64,000 bases of DNA from Camelus dromedarius (lineage: Eukaryota), in assembly GCF_036321535.1 (NCBI RefSeq), contig NC_087436.1, positions 10,974,001 through 11,038,000 on the forward strand. Direction: 5' to 3'. Positions 1 to 14,279 of this stretch are shown here, piece by piece. The notes under the pieces are model-generated. The model saw only the letters and a list, made by a program, of their open reading frames with translations, did not search any database and was not told the origin of the DNA. The first letter of the stretch is position 1, and every line of letters starts with the position of its first letter. A program made the position numbers and the translations under genes.

Positions 1-197
1 TCTTGAATAACGAGGGCCAGAACTGACCAGGCAACACAGAAAAAAACCTGAACCCCTAGGCTGTGGGGTAGAGCTGCCCGGTCAGCACTTTGTGAGACAC
101 TTTCATGGGAGAGAGAAATAAACCTCTTTCATGGTTAAGCCACTGCTACTTTGAGCCTCCTTGACTCTCTGCCAAATCTAGTCCTAGATGGTATACC
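1..197 (+). mobile_element. MaLR (MLT1-type) LTR 3' fragment
   Basis: Motif 'gagagaaataaacctctttcatggttaagccactg' resembles MLT1 3' ends. Confidence 0.55.
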
Positions 198-199
198 CA

Positions 200-1900
200 G
201 GAACAAAATTAATAAGAAATGTAAAAGACGTATGTAAAACACACTTTATTTAATGAAGGATATAAGTGAATACTTGAATCAGTAGAGAATTATGTTAATT
301 TTAAGGTTGAGAATACTCAGTATTATAAAGATATAAATTATCCCCAAATCGACCTATAAATTCAATGCAAACATAATCAAAATTTCAATTGAATTTTTAA
401 ATGGATCTTAAGATGATGCTGAAATTAATCTGGAAAATTAATGTACAGCAATACTCCCTAAAATATGAGAAAAATGATGATGAATAAGTAACTTGCCTTT
501 TAATATACCAAAATATGTTATAGAATACATGAATTAAAATAATGTTATTAGCACAGAAATTATAACAAATATGCATTAATAAAATAAAAATATCCCAATA
601 TATAAGTGTATATATAAATATACTATATATGAATCTCAGCAAGTAACATGTGTATATACACACACGAGACTATACATTTATATGTATATGAGACTATGTA
701 TGTGTGTATATGTATATATGCAGCCTGCTTGCATTCTTATGTAGTATGTGTATAAATATACAGTACATGTAAAGATATGTAAACATATGAAAATATATGT
801 TAATATTTTGCAAAGCAGGAATGTTAAATGAGTAATGTTGAAAAAATTAGTTGTACATTTGGGGAAAAGTTGATTTATACTTTATTTCATATAATTTTCA
901 AAAATAAATTCCAGATAGATTTAAACATCTAAATTTTTTTTTAAATCTGAAAAAAAATTAGAAGGCCATATAAGATACTATTTTTTAATATAATTCTAGA
1001 TTGGGAATTTTAAACAATTCTCAGCAGTCATAAGAGAAAATTAAATGATTTCTCTTGTATATAAATTTACAAGATTTATAGACAATGATTTCATTGTCTA
1101 TAAATTTAAAACTTTTTTCGATAAATGCTGTAGTAAAATTAAAGTACAAGCAACAAATTTGGAGAAAATATTTTCAACATATAAATAGTTTATGTAACAG
1201 ATAAATGGTAAATTTTCATAATTTATGAAGAGCTCTTACAAATCCAATAAAAATGGGCAAGGTTTCTAAAGAATTATAAAAAAAAAGAAATGCAAATAAC
1301 CTGCAAATATCAAAATATACAAATATATTTAACATTTTAATAATCAAAGAAATTCAAAACAAAAATAAGATACCAGATTTTGGGATATTCAATTGAAACA
1401 TTTAAAAGATACATAAAATTGTGTTTCGAAATGGGTGTAGTATTCAGGACCTGTTATTGCACACTATGGATGGAATTAAAAGAACACAACCTGCAATATC
1501 TTTCAGTATTCAGAATATGCATAACCCTTGGCCCAACAGTTCCACTTCTAGGAAGCTGTCTTACAAGAGATGTAACCCGTGCACACTACTACATGCGTGG
1601 GGATGTCTATTGCAATATTCTTCATAACAACGTGAATAAAGAATGAAATCTGTCCATTTCAGAGATTTATAATGCAAGATAACAAAAAAAGTTTTATAAA
1701 ATGTTTCCATACATGTGGGAAAAAAAACCAACGTCCACAACAGCACATGCCTTGAAAAGACTTAGCATAATACATACCAAGCGTAGGGGTGGGACAAAGA
1801 GAAATGAGTTTAACGGAACACAAGCAGGTTTTTCCCATGTGCTTTTGTCTTATTTGAATTGTCCTGATACTAATTTCCCATATAATTACATATATAAATA
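200..1900 (+). mobile_element. Old, highly diverged LINE-1 (L1M-type) ORF2 3' part and 3'UTR
   Basis: Degenerate ORF2 motifs 'cctataaattcaatgcaa', 'aaaataaattccagatagatt', 'aaaatgggcaa', 'cagttccacttctagga'; no open frame. Confidence 0.8.
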
Positions 1901-4354
1901 TTAAAATTGTTCAAATTCGAAAAACAAAAGTCCATTAACTCATGAGGATAAAAGGAAAGTTTACCATATTAGGAAAGATAGTGTACCTCAAAGACGGATC
2001 ACAAAACTACAAGCCGAAGTTTGGCGTTTACTCCTGGAGACACACTGGCGTGTCAGCAGTCCCAGGGGCCTGCGGCAGAAGGATCGCTGGGCCCCACCCT
2101 GGCTCTTCCTTGAAGGTCCAAAACCATTTTCTTCAAAATCCAAAGTTTCTTTATTTATATCCTCCTAGAGAATGTCATCTCAACAAGAGAAACATTCCCA
2201 GCCCAAACAATGGTTTGATTTTAAAGGAGAAGCTTGGTTAACATTATGAAATGTCTCAGTAGTCAAATAAATCTAAATGATAGCTAAATCACAGTTTTAT
2301 TTGTATCAAATATTGCCAGGGTGTTTATCAGTGGGTTTAGAGATTAGAAAAACTGTGAATTCTACTACAAATGTCCTAGTAATGTATACTAATAATGTAC
2401 ATTTGGAGAAGTGGTTTAATTTATTTATATGTAACAAAATACCATTTATTTGATATATCAGAAAATTCTAGAACAGAAAAGTCCAGGTACTCGTAAAATT
2501 TCAAAATACTTTATCTGAAAAAGAAACAAAAATATTTAATTATTTTTACTGCCACAATAAAATATTGGTCTTTCTGAAGACTGCTTAATTGAATTGCCCT
2601 GTAATTATTGATCATTGAAATATTTATCATCTGTTATTTGAGTCTTAACAAATATTTTATCCTATTTAATCATTGAGCACCAATGACGCAAAAAGGTGTT
2701 CACCTTCTTGCTATGTAAACATGGAAACAAATGCTTGAAAAAGAAAGTGTTTATCCAATTAATTATTACCCTTCTATGAATCCAAAACAATGACTTCAGA
2801 GAAATAGCCTGATACCATGGATAGGATCAGTCCTGACTCTGTCTACCAGCTCTGTGAACGTATGTTTACCTAACCTCTTTGACAACTAGTTAAATTTTTT
2901 TGAATGCAAATGAATTGTTGTGCATGCAGTGGACCTTTGTTGAATACTGTGCTTTCTTTCCACTAAGTGTGCCAAAGGGCTTTGGGAAGATTGGGCTTAA
3001 GTCGTGGTTTATGGAACCCTTTTTGGATCATTTATAGAAGCAATTATTTAGAAATTCCATTTGATTTAATGAACATAAAATAATCGAGATTGAAATTTCT
3101 GCAACTTGACCCAAAGTTACTGAACTAGAATTATAAGGGATAATTTTCAAAGCTCTATACAAACATCTTTCCAGGTAATTCTGATCATCAGTCGTTGAGG
3201 AGCAATGCTCTCTTAGACCTGTTAGGAAATATGCAAAGAAGCCAGTTTAAAGTAACTGGCAATAAAATTCAGTAGAATTCAAATGACAAGAACAAACTAT
3301 GGGAAATGGTACACCTTTATTTGTATCTTCTTCAGTCTAAAGTCTCTTCATTTTAGCCATATGTGGATGTTCTAATTTTTTACAGTGTATACTGATATCC
3401 ATATGGTAGGAGTAAATTAATGATTCTTGGCAAGTGTTGACAGCTTTTATTTATTATTCAAACAGACAATCTTGGCAGTCTAGTATCATCGTTACAAACC
3501 CCGATAAAGAGCTATCACCATTTCTATCTGGTCGAAAGTATTACCTTGCTGAATAAATCTACATTTTGCATTACAAATTGATTTGCTGTTTGCTTCAACT
3601 TGCTTAGAATTCCCTGTATCATTTGTGACATATGACATAGTGATGGAAAAGACACGCGTGTGCGCGCACACACACACACACAGAGCCACACACTGTGCTC
3701 CATTAATTTTATTTATTTACTTAGTGAAAACTCCAGCCACTGCCTCCAAATAGCTTCTCTTTTTTCTGGGTCAAGAACATGAAATGACAAGTGGAGTTTG
3801 ATGCTCCAGAAATTACTCCAAGAGTTACCTCTTCTCCCTGTGTCAAATTGTTAGATAACCTAAGAATCAGAGTTCTGGAAAGGTTCTCCTGAGGTATCTT
3901 CATTAATGTTCCTGCCTCCAGGCTAGGTCTTGTATCCAGCCACCTAATAAAGTGCAAAGTTCAAGGCTAATTTTTGGGATTGTCTATATGTTGAGAAACA
4001 GATTTGTGCATGTGTGAATGTGAATGTGTAAACTGGAATATAATGGAAAAGTACTAATGTTTTTAAACCAATGGTAACACATTAAAGAGACTGTTAATAG
4101 TATAGAGGAGTTACTCCTAGACTTACTGATTTGGTAACTGTTTAGCACATTTGATGCAGTGGCTTGGAATCATCAGGTTGGTTGACCCACTCTGTTTCCC
4201 AACTTACCAACACCAGGACTTTGATCGCCCAGGGGAAGAGCAGACAGTAGTCTAAATGATATAATTTTAAGGGTACCAAAATCTGTGCCTTATAACATCC
4301 CCTCATCTACACAGGTGTAGGTCTATCTCCTCCCCTTACTAATGAGTTAAATTC

Positions 4355-4595
4355 AATGAAGGTTCTGAAGCCTAACTTCTTGCGTTCAAATCCTGTCTCC
4401 ACCACTTCCCAGCAGGGTCACCAGAAACAAATCCCCTAACCTCCCCTTGTCTCTCAACTACCTGTTAAACTATCTGTTCAATTATCTGTTGAAAAATAAA
4501 AAGTAAAACAACCTTCAGGATTGTTCAGATAAAATATAATCACATATGTACATAAAGCACGTAGGACAATGCCTTGTCCATTATAAATGCTCTGT
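4355..4595 (+). mobile_element. MIR SINE
   Basis: 'gttcaaatcctgtctccaccactt' B-box and core; 3' 'taaagcacgtaggacaatgcc...taaatgctc'. Confidence 0.7.
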
Positions 4596-4629
4596 GTTGA
4601 CCATAATTAATGTCATTAGAAACCACGGT

Positions 4630-5720
4630 GAAGAAGTGTGGCCAAGATGGCAGAGTAGGAAGACCCTGAGCTCACCTCATTCCACAGGCAAAATTCCAAA
4701 TATTCTAAAATTACAACTACTTACAGAGCAACTATAGATGTGCAAGACATGAGACCAGCAGAAAAGACCTACTATAACTAAAGATACGAAGATGGAACCA
4801 CAAGGCGACCAGAAGGAGGGTTGGTGATGTGGTTTAGCCAACACCCATGCCCCCAATTAGGTGGCCCACAAAGGGGAGGAGAGTCACAGTGGCAGAGATT
4901 TCTCCCCAAGGAGTGAGGGATCTACACACCACATCAGGCTCCCCAGCCAAGGGATCCTGCACTGGAAGATGTGCTCTGAGAAGGAAGGCCAGTCATGTTT
5001 GAGTAAGGGAAAGCTAGAGGGGTGTGAGAAACAAAGACTGTTCTTAAAGGCTGCACACAGAATCTCACATGCTCTAAGACCCAGCACAGAGGCAGTAATT
5101 TAAAAGATATTGGGTCAGACCCACTTGGTGATCTTGGAGAGCTTCGTGGGGAAGCAGGAGGAAACTGGGACATGCTGACAGCAGTTATTTTGGGGAGCTC
5201 GTTCTACCACAAAGATACTGGTGTTGGCAAATACCATTTTGGAGTCTTCCCCTTCATCCCATCAGTGCAGGGGGCTTACCCACCAACCAGGTGGTTGACA
5301 CCAGCCCCAGGACCTCCAGGTCAAGCAGCCAACCATGCAGGGACCCAGCCCCACCCACTAGCAGGCCAGCCCCAGCCCAGACCCACAGACAGCCATGCAG
5401 GGACATGGCTCCATGCACAAGTGGGATGTCACCAGCCCCAGGACCCTTCAGGCTACCTAGCCAGCCAGGACCTGGCTCCTCCCACCAGCAGGATGAAACC
5501 AGCCCTGGGGCCCCCTGGGATGCGCAACTACAGCACAAGGCACAGCAAGGAAGCGAGAGGCCAGCCCTGCCACCAGCATAGGGATAGATTGGCCCTGCCT
5601 CAACAGAGAGGTGCCCCAGAACCCACGTAAGAGGCAACTCTATGGTGACTAAAGGGGAATGTGCTGCTGGGTCAATAGGAAGTGTCCTACATATGGCCAC
5701 TTCTCGTCAAGTTCAAGAAA
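4630..5720 (+). mobile_element. LINE-1 5'UTR only (ends near the ORF1 start)
   Basis: Starts 'ccaagatggcagagtaggaagaccctgagctc' and is colinear with the 5' end of the L1 at 40345 (shared 'gggtcagacccacttg', 'ccacttctc'). Confidence 0.85.
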
Positions 5721-6378
5721 TGCTTAGCCACAGTGATTCTCGAACACTTGCCCACCATTCCATAATTGATAGCAGGTGCTAATAGCTTTTACCTGGAACG
5801 ATTTATTATACTGGCTGAGACACAGAAGAGACAAAATTCACTGCAACAACATGGTAACAAACACCATACCGTTTTTCACACATTTTATTTTTTCACACAT
5901 ACTGTTCTACAGTCTTGATTTTGTGGGGGAGAGGGGAAAAAGTTCCTCTACCCTTCTGTGTCCTGCTTGCTGGTCTAAGAGTTAAACTGACATGTGACAG
6001 AGTAACAGGAAAAAGTCAAACTTACTTAGGCAAATATTGGGATTCCATAAAAATAGGGGACCCAAGGACAAGTTAGGCAATTGAAGCGTACTTGCTATCT
6101 GAGAGGACGAGAAGGGAGGGAAGTTTTGGATCTTTAAAGGAAAGAAAGTCATTTTACAGGAAAATGAAAAGAGCAAATGTCTGACAAATAAATGTTCGCT
6201 GGGCTGTGCAGAGACGATGGGACACAGAGAGGACTTGATCAAACAAGCCTTTCTCCACATTTAATTTATACTATACTGTAGCTGTCTATGGTGATAGTTT
6301 TTCTTCCAGAAGAGGTCTTTAATCTAAATTATTTTAGGCAGTTAAGGGAGAAGGCTAAAGACTCTTCCTGAGCCCTTT

Positions 6379-6950
<572 letters not shown>

Positions 6951-7656
6951 CTGAGCCCTTTATTTCTTAAAAACAATCGCTCCAAAATAATCCTCAGTGA
7001 AAAGATTCACATTTTGGGGTGACAAGTTTTGTTCCCCTGAAATGTAAGAAGTTCCTTCTATTCAAATCTGAACCTTTTGTGCAAACCCAGTTCAAGTGAT
7101 TCCCTTGTCTTAGCCACATCCCTGAGCACTCTAATGCGTTGTCCTTCCTTCTGGAAGCAACAATGCTAGCTAACACATCATTCTGTCAGGAACTGTTCTA
7201 TACATTTTAGGTGTGTTAATTCTATTTTACTCCTTCAACATCCTATTATTTCCCTTTTTTCATGGACCTGAAGCCTGGGGTCACATAGACAGCAAGTCAG
7301 GGAACCAGGAAGGAAACCGAGGTCTGCAGCTCCAGGTGCTTATTCTTGACCTCTGCTCTCTTGTTATGCTTCTAAGACTCATTGGCCTTGTGACACTTCA
7401 TCTTGTGATACTACCTGAATTGTCCCACAGGGTATCTTCCATGACAACGAGAGAGCCCTGAACTGTCCTGCCCTCCAGCTGGTTGGTGGAGGAGGAGGCC
7501 CATTGTCACCCTGGCCCCAGGGCCTCCCACAGTATTTTGGCTCTTGCCCTCTCATTCTGGAAAAGCCCCCATGTCACTGGCTGCTACCATTCCCACCTTC
7601 CCTTGACACTGTGGGGCTCGGCCAGTAAGGTGGTATTGGCAGTGGTGCTTCTGCCC

Positions 7657-8070
7657 TGTGGAGGAGGAAAAATATTTCTTCTACCCTTCTAGGTTCCTGG
7701 CCAAGACCTCCATGTAATAAAAGATAGATTAACAGGAGAAAGACAAACAGAAGTTTAATAACATGTATCCCTCTTGTTTACATGAGAGACCTAAGAAAAA
7801 TGAGTAACTCCCTGAAATGGCCCAAACCATCAAGCCATCACCTTAAATAATATCTCCAGCTAAAGACAAAAGATGTGGGAGGGTGTGTAGTTATGACAGG
7901 TGACCAAGAAAATCCAAGTAAACAAAGGTAAGGTTGTTATACAGATTTAAGTATTTGCCTTCTGGCATTGATAAGAGGTTTGGTCCTCTTCCTGGTACAA
8001 AGAGGGAGGCACCCTTACAAATGGAGTTTTTTTTCTTATGAATGCAAATGTTTCTAGATATTAAGGAGGA
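7657..8070 (-). mobile_element. MER34-like ERV1 LTR (partial)
   Basis: 'tgtggaggaggaaaaata...ctacccttctaggttc...agattaacaggagaaa' shared with copies at 8539, 20516 and 44682. Confidence 0.85.
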
Positions 8071-8538
8071 TAACATTCCCATGAAAAAGTGGACAATTTG
8101 TTTCACCCTCAAACACAGTAACAATTACCTCCCCTGCTCCAGTCCCCATCTCAGAACGTCCCACTGTACAAGTCCAGTGATCTGCAGCCACTTTGAACCA
8201 TTACCAGACAGATGGTAACCCTTCAAAAGAAAGTCTATTTTTAGGAATTAGAGTCAAGATTTTATAGTACAATAAAGTCCAAGATCATATCTTTTTCCTC
8301 TATAAAACTTGCAGAAAGGAGCCAGAATTTAATTAATTCCTACCATTACTCCTGATTACATATTCTGTTTTCTAATTTTGTCCAAAGTCATCCATTATTT
8401 TTTAGTTTTCAATTAGAAACAAAGGAGGTTGAGGGAGGAGGAAGAAGAGGAGGAGGGTGTGGGAGATGGAAAGAAGAACTCCCAGAAGAAAAGGCCACTG
8501 TTAAGAAAACATCTGTAATCGTTTCAACTATTTCCCAT

Positions 8539-9085
8539 CATGAGGGAGGGAAAATAATTATTCCCTCTACCATTTTAGGTTCTTGGCTGAGATGTCCTTG
8601 TAATAAAAAGACAGATCAACAGGAGAAAAACAAACAGAAGTTTAATGACTTGGATGCCTCCTGTGAATATTTCCTGGGAGACACCCAGGAAAACTGAGTA
8701 ATTCTCCAAAGGCCCAAGTCACCACCTTAAAAACCATCTGTAATGAAAGATAATAGAAGTTCGAAGAAGCAGGGGCACTTATGGGAGTTTTTCAGGCAAA
8801 GCGCAATAATCAAGGGTATGGTCATTATGCACATTTAAGTTCTTGATAAGTTTCTAGAGATTTAAAGTCATCCTCCTCTTCCTGGTACAGAGAGGGAAAC
8901 ACCCTACAAATAGAGATTTCTCTTATAAATATAAATATCTGTCACAAAATAGTAACTGCTACTCATTCTGAGAGATTTTCCTGTGTCTGCTGTTTCTTCT
9001 TCATTCATTCTTAAAAATGAATCAGCCTACAATTATCCTTATGCCAATGAGACATATTTTAGGGTGGCAAATTCTGTTCGCCTCA
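8539..9085 (-). mobile_element. MER34-like ERV1 solo LTR
   Basis: Full-length similarity to the other copies; ends 'gggtggcaaattctgttcgcctca'; possible TSD ccat/ccac. Confidence 0.85.
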
Positions 9086-9139
9086 CCACCCTAATGCAAG
9101 GGAATATCACAACCATAGGGTATCTTGTGAGAGGACAGG

Positions 9140-9360
9140 AATTTTAAGTATTGTATTCAAAATCAAGCAGACCTGGGTCACTTGGCCTGATTTTACTATT
9201 TACCATCTCTGCAAATGAAGTTAAATAATTTAACAATTTTTCAGTTTTCTCATCTGTTAAACAGAGACACTAACACTTACATATCTCAGTAAATTAACTA
9301 AATTAATGCATATAAATGCTCAGTACAGGGTCTGGCATATTAGAATTCAGACACTAATAA
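9140..9360 (+). mobile_element. MIR SINE
   Basis: 'cagacctgggt...tcagttttctcatctgttaaac...gctcagtacagggtctggcatat'. Confidence 0.7.
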
Positions 9361-9399
9361 TAGCTGTTTCCACCAACAGGGCTCCCAAGTCTGATCTGC

Positions 9400-9766
9400 T
9401 ATTTAAAAAAAGAATAATAATAACTGAGTAAGTTTAAAGACCTAACTGTCTTTATTCAATGCATCAGTCAGCATTCCATCTGGTACAAAATGGAAGACTC
9501 TTATAGGCAGTACCAAGAGGGGCAAGGACGTTATTCTAGCAGAGTGGATTGCTTCAGGAAAGGTCACCTTTCTTTGGGGGAAGGTGTGATCTTTCTGGTA
9601 GATTACCTCACTAGTGCTGAGCAGGTAATTTCAGACTAACTGGGTAAAGGTCAAGTTTCTGGGAGAGGCTGAAACTGCAGTTAGGTTAGGTATGAAGTCA
9701 TAATTTGCTGACATGGGGCTGAGCACAAGTGACTCCATTCTGGGACCTGTTGTTTCCTTCCTAACA
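9400..9766 (-). mobile_element. ERV1-type solo LTR (same family as 14849-15237)
   Basis: Shares 'gattacctcactagtgctg', 'gaaactg...ggttaggtat' and 'agcacaag.gactccat' with the 14.8-kb copy; AATAAA on minus; possible TSD ctgc/ctgt. Confidence 0.75.
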
Positions 9767-9896
9767 CTGTCTGCCAATGGCACAGGAGAAGGTACAAGCT
9801 CGAAAGCTGAGACAGACATTCTGCCTTAGAGTGGGCTGCTCTAAAGCAAAAAGTCTTACACATCATTCATTATTGTGACAGAATTAAACAATATCC

Positions 9897-10045
9897 TTTT
9901 TTAAAACAACTTGAGATATAATTTTTATACCATGAAATTCACCCATTGAAAGCACATAATTCATTGTTTTTAGTTATATTCACAGAGTAGTAAAATTGTC
10001 ACAATTAATATTTTTAACACTTTCATCACCTCAAATAGAAATCCT
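9897..10045 (-). mobile_element. L1M 3'UTR fragment
   Basis: 'ttgagatataattttt...aaattcaccca...tatattcacagag...ttcatcacc'. Confidence 0.7.
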
Positions 10046-10679
10046 AAGCAATATATTTTTTATTAACAATACTTTCATGCTTTTAGAATAATGCCATAGA
10101 AACAATCTCCTCTCTATTACAAGTAATTACCAGATAGATAATATAAAAATAGTAAACAAAGTAGAGTAAGCCATATTTATGGATTATCAGCTTATTCACA
10201 CATATTATGATGTTTAATACCATAATAATGTTATAAATGAGTTCACGGAAACACTAGTCTTATTAAAACTAAGAATAATGCTAGTAGAATTGATACGACA
10301 ACAGCCATAAATTGGTTCATGCATACCTATCTGTATTTTCTTTTAATTCTTTACATTTCTAAATGGTCAAATATACATTAAAAAATTCTAAACCTTAGGA
10401 AATATATTATTATCTTACAGAAATAGTGATCAGGTTCTCAAAAATTTCAAGGAACATCAAGAATAAATTATAATTTATTATTATTCAGAAAGAAGTAGGA
10501 TGATTTTTAAAAGATAATTAAAATAACTAAAAATTAAAATAGAATAATTAAAAAAGAAAATAGAGTAACTTCTATTCTTATTCTTAATGGTATTGGATAG
10601 GGAACCATAAATCTATGTTCTTTTTATAATTGATTTTCCAGGTTATCTTTTATTAATCAGGCTCAATGGGGAGCTATAG

Positions 10680-11210
10680 TATTAGTTCTAGAGCAGGCAG
10701 ATAGCTAGATATGAACAGAGAAAGTGAGACACAGGCCACATGGCAGGAATTGGGCAGAAAGGAGGGGCACAGGCCAAATGCAGGAAACCATATATCATGT
10801 AAGCATCAGGAGTCCCTGGGCAGAGAAAGAAAAGCAGGTACCTCTGGGCTGATAAGCAGTCACACATTTTGGGATGATGAGGGGCCTGGAAGCTGATAAA
10901 GAAAGGTGGGAAAAGGCAGGAATCTCATGTCTGAATGTAACCTTTTGCTCATTATGCCCTCATTTCAATAAAATTAGCCTTGAAGATTAGAAGTACCCAT
11001 CATGCACCAACACCATGACACTTCTGATCCAGACTAAATAAGGACAAAAATCCCTCCTCCCTTCAGGAAGGTGGAGTTGAGATGAAAATCAGGAAATACA
11101 ATCCCCAAACCCCTTCTCTCCCAGTGAATATTCTGCCCATTCATTTTTACATTCTATGTAACCAACTTGCTGAAGAAACTCAGGGCAGCTGCTCACCTGA
11201 GCTTGATAAC
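10680..11210 (+). mobile_element. ERV LTR (ERV1-like), probably 3'-incomplete
   Basis: 'gatagctagatatg' start, short internal repeats and 'gctcattatg...aataaaatta' block similar in layout to the LTR at 45648. Confidence 0.6.
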
Positions 11211-11429
11211 AGCACAGGTATCCCATAGGATTTTACTGACAGTTCAGTATATAATACGCATAAAACAGTGTCCAAATATTTCCAAATATGCATAGATATA
11301 CATAGCTAACCCCTTCCAGGAAGTGGATCTTCATTCCCCTTGCCTTGAATGTGGGCTGGACTTAGAGACCTACCTACTATGTGTATGCAAAGGGGAAAGG
11401 GTACATTTGGAGTGGAGAAACCAGGCAAT

Positions 11430-12012
11430 CAATCTCCCTTCTTTAACACGATCTCCTCCCAAAAAGAGCAATTTTTTAAACTATTATCTGGACATCACAC
11501 TGTTGTTTAAAATCTTCCAACACTTCTCTTTGTACTTAGAATGAAATTTTGATTCCTTGCCATGGCTTTCTAGGCCTCACTTGTATCTACTTCATAATGG
11601 ACCTTTCTTCCCCCTCTCACTATGGTCCGACCTCACAGGTCTTCTCAGTACAACCCAACTGACCCAAGATGTTCCTGCCTGCATGCTTTACCCGTGGTGT
11701 CTCTGATCTTGCCCCCATGCCTCTGCTCAGCAGTTGCTTCTGCTCACAGGTGACTTCCCTGACCACCCTACCTTAAGTCCCTCCACCTGGCCACTCTCTC
11801 TCACTTACCTAGTTCATTTCCTTCACTGAGCCCCTCTCATCATACAATTTTCCTGATATCTCACTTACTTGATTTCTCACTTACTTGATTTCTGTCTCTA
11901 TCTCATCATTAGAAAGGCTGCTCAGTGATGAAAAACCTATTTTGTTAAGCCCCAAATCCCAGTTCCTAGAAACTTGTGGGAACCAAATAATCATGTGTTG
12001 AATGAATAAATG
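11430..12012 (+). mobile_element. L2 3' fragment
   Basis: L2 3' motifs ending 'tgttgaatgaataaatga'. Confidence 0.75.
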
Positions 12013-13399
12013 ACAGAGCCAAGAGTAGGGATGTCTAGCAAAGCCAGGGGTTTTGTGTATTTCATGAGGACAAATAAGGTCAACTTTTTAATGAGAACTA
12101 GATAAACCAGGAAAGCTATATTTTAGACATCTATCCTTATTCTTTGTTAGTCTCCAGGCTTTTTCAGCTGTATGTATTTATATCTTCAACTTTCATGCTT
12201 AGCACCATTTGTTCTAGAGCCAATGCTGACCATACTCCTACATGCAGGCAATTGAACTGTAGAACTAACCATCCCACCAAGGCTGGCGCCACCTAAGGGA
12301 GTGTGTCTGAATCACTCCCTTCTTCCCTCAGGCCACAACATTCCTTCAACCCTTACGATATTTTCTAAGCTCTAGTAAAAATTATGAGTGGATTTTCATG
12401 TCCCTCACTGGGACTATCGGCCTTTCTGACCTCAGTGTAACCGATCAGGACTTTATTACTATATCTCAGTAATCCTTCATGTAACAGACAGATTCCTGTA
12501 CCTCTGTGGTTCTTTTTATCTTGTTTATCACACCTTAATTATTCCACCCATCTCACGTTAGATGTGACCCACCCTAATCTTTTGCAGCACCCAAAACACC
12601 AGTTTAGAACTCCTTTGTCCATGCAGAACTGAGTTCCTCTGCCTCCTTGGACACAGAACATTGACTTTTAGCTATTAAACCTAGACTTTCTTCTTTTTCC
12701 ATGAGACCCTGTAGCTGAGATCAGATTATTCCTCAGGGAAAAGCCCACTTACATCATAAACCTCACTTAATGCATGTTGCAAAAGCATTTTAAATATCCA
12801 GCCATAGCAGAACTCATTCCAATTTTTGGGATATTTAAAAGTAATAACTAAATCATCATTATATGCAAAGTATAGAATGTGGTAATAGAAATTCGTAGAC
12901 TGTACAATATTCATCTCAAAGTTAAGCATTGACAGGGTTTGATAATTTCAGTTAACCATAACATTGCCACAAAATAACTTGGACTCTTTAATCATTTTAA
13001 AGGTAGTCTTATGTTAAGGAGCCACATACCTAAAAAATAATTTATAAAGTTTTTAGTTTTTAAAAAAAGATTTACTAACACCTTTCACAGAATCCAAAAT
13101 CCTTATATATTAAGTAACAGAATCTATAGAGTATTGACTTGTTTTTATTTCTTCAGATTCGACTCTCAGTAAAACCTAAAAAAACTAAACACAAATAATT
13201 TGGTTCCCACTGTACAAGACATAAAAATAGCAATGTGACGTCATAGTGGTCAAGTGATCCATGGAAATATTGTGACTATCAGAATGTAATAGTAATAATC
13301 AAGTTTTAAAAATACTAAGCCAATGTATTTTTCCTTCATATTAGTCCAATTCTTTCCCTTATAACTCTGACCCTTAAGGGTACATTATGGAATTTAATA

Positions 13400-14150
13400 C
13401 CTAGAGTAAGTATGAGTGGAGAGACCTCCCTAGTTTCATGTATAGCGTAAAAGGCATCCCAAATCCCGTGTGTTGTAGGAGGAACTCTAGGAGAAAGCAG
13501 ATGTTACGTGGCTGGCAAGCTTGCTAATGGGTAGTACTAGTGGTGGTCACTGTGGCAGAGGTAAAATATTCTTGTACCATAAATGACTGGGTGGACCACC
13601 ACGCCCAGGACTGAATGAAAGTCACAGCTGGAACTAGAGGGCTCTTTAGTGCCAACCAGAATGAAAATGGGATCTTCCTCCATGGAGGGCAAGATTCGAA
13701 CTTCCCAGGACTTTTGTCAGTTTAAGAAGGACGGGTCATGATTTTCAAGAGTGATGTGTGTCTACAGCAGATTCCAATAGCATTCCCAGTGACCAAGATG
13801 GACTAGGGACATTTCTATGAGGTCAGTGAGAAGTATGCAAAGGCCAGAGTGCAGACGAGACTTTCCAGCATTCCCTAATCCATCACCATGAGCTTTCTCC
13901 CACATCTGAGTACCACTTCCCGAGGAAGAGGTGGGGAACCGGAAAAATTTTGGAGAGAAGCAAAACTGGTTGTTGAATTTTCAGTTTTATTAAATTATTA
14001 TCCAAAACAAACTAAGATAACATTTTAAAATTCTTATTTAAAAAAGTTAGTGGGGTGGTGGCTCTTTAACAAGAATTGGACCTTTATAACAAAAACAAAA
14101 AAGAAAACTAAAATTTCACACATCTCAGTATTGTGTGTAAATATTTTATT
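13400..14150 (+). mobile_element. Possible ancient LTR (Gypsy-like/ERVL), highly diverged
   Basis: Purine-rich body ending 'aaaatttcacacatctcagtattgtg', reminiscent of MamGypLTR/LTR85-type ends; weak. Confidence 0.3.
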
Positions 14151-14279
14151 CTATGTATCAATATTCTTAGAAAGATCTAAAGAAAGATACTCAACAGAGA
14201 TTAGGAGAAATTAAACCAAGTATAAATGACTGCTAATTGGTAACAGAATAACCCAGCTGTAGTTACCATGAAACTCACT

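Noticed and set aside
5172..5700. Overlapping 152, 148 and 96 aa ORFs (ORF0-like idea)
   Set aside because: They lie in the GC-rich repetitive part of an L1 5'UTR, and equivalent frames are not preserved in the related copy at 40.3-41.4 kb
7657..9085. Two adjacent same-strand LTRs as the ends of one provirus
   Set aside because: They are clearly diverged from each other, the second has its own probable TSD, and the spacer shows no PBS or internal sequence
11859..11893. 16-bp tandem duplication tctcacttacttgatt (similar 13-bp one near 19690)
   Set aside because: Ordinary slippage duplication inside old repeats
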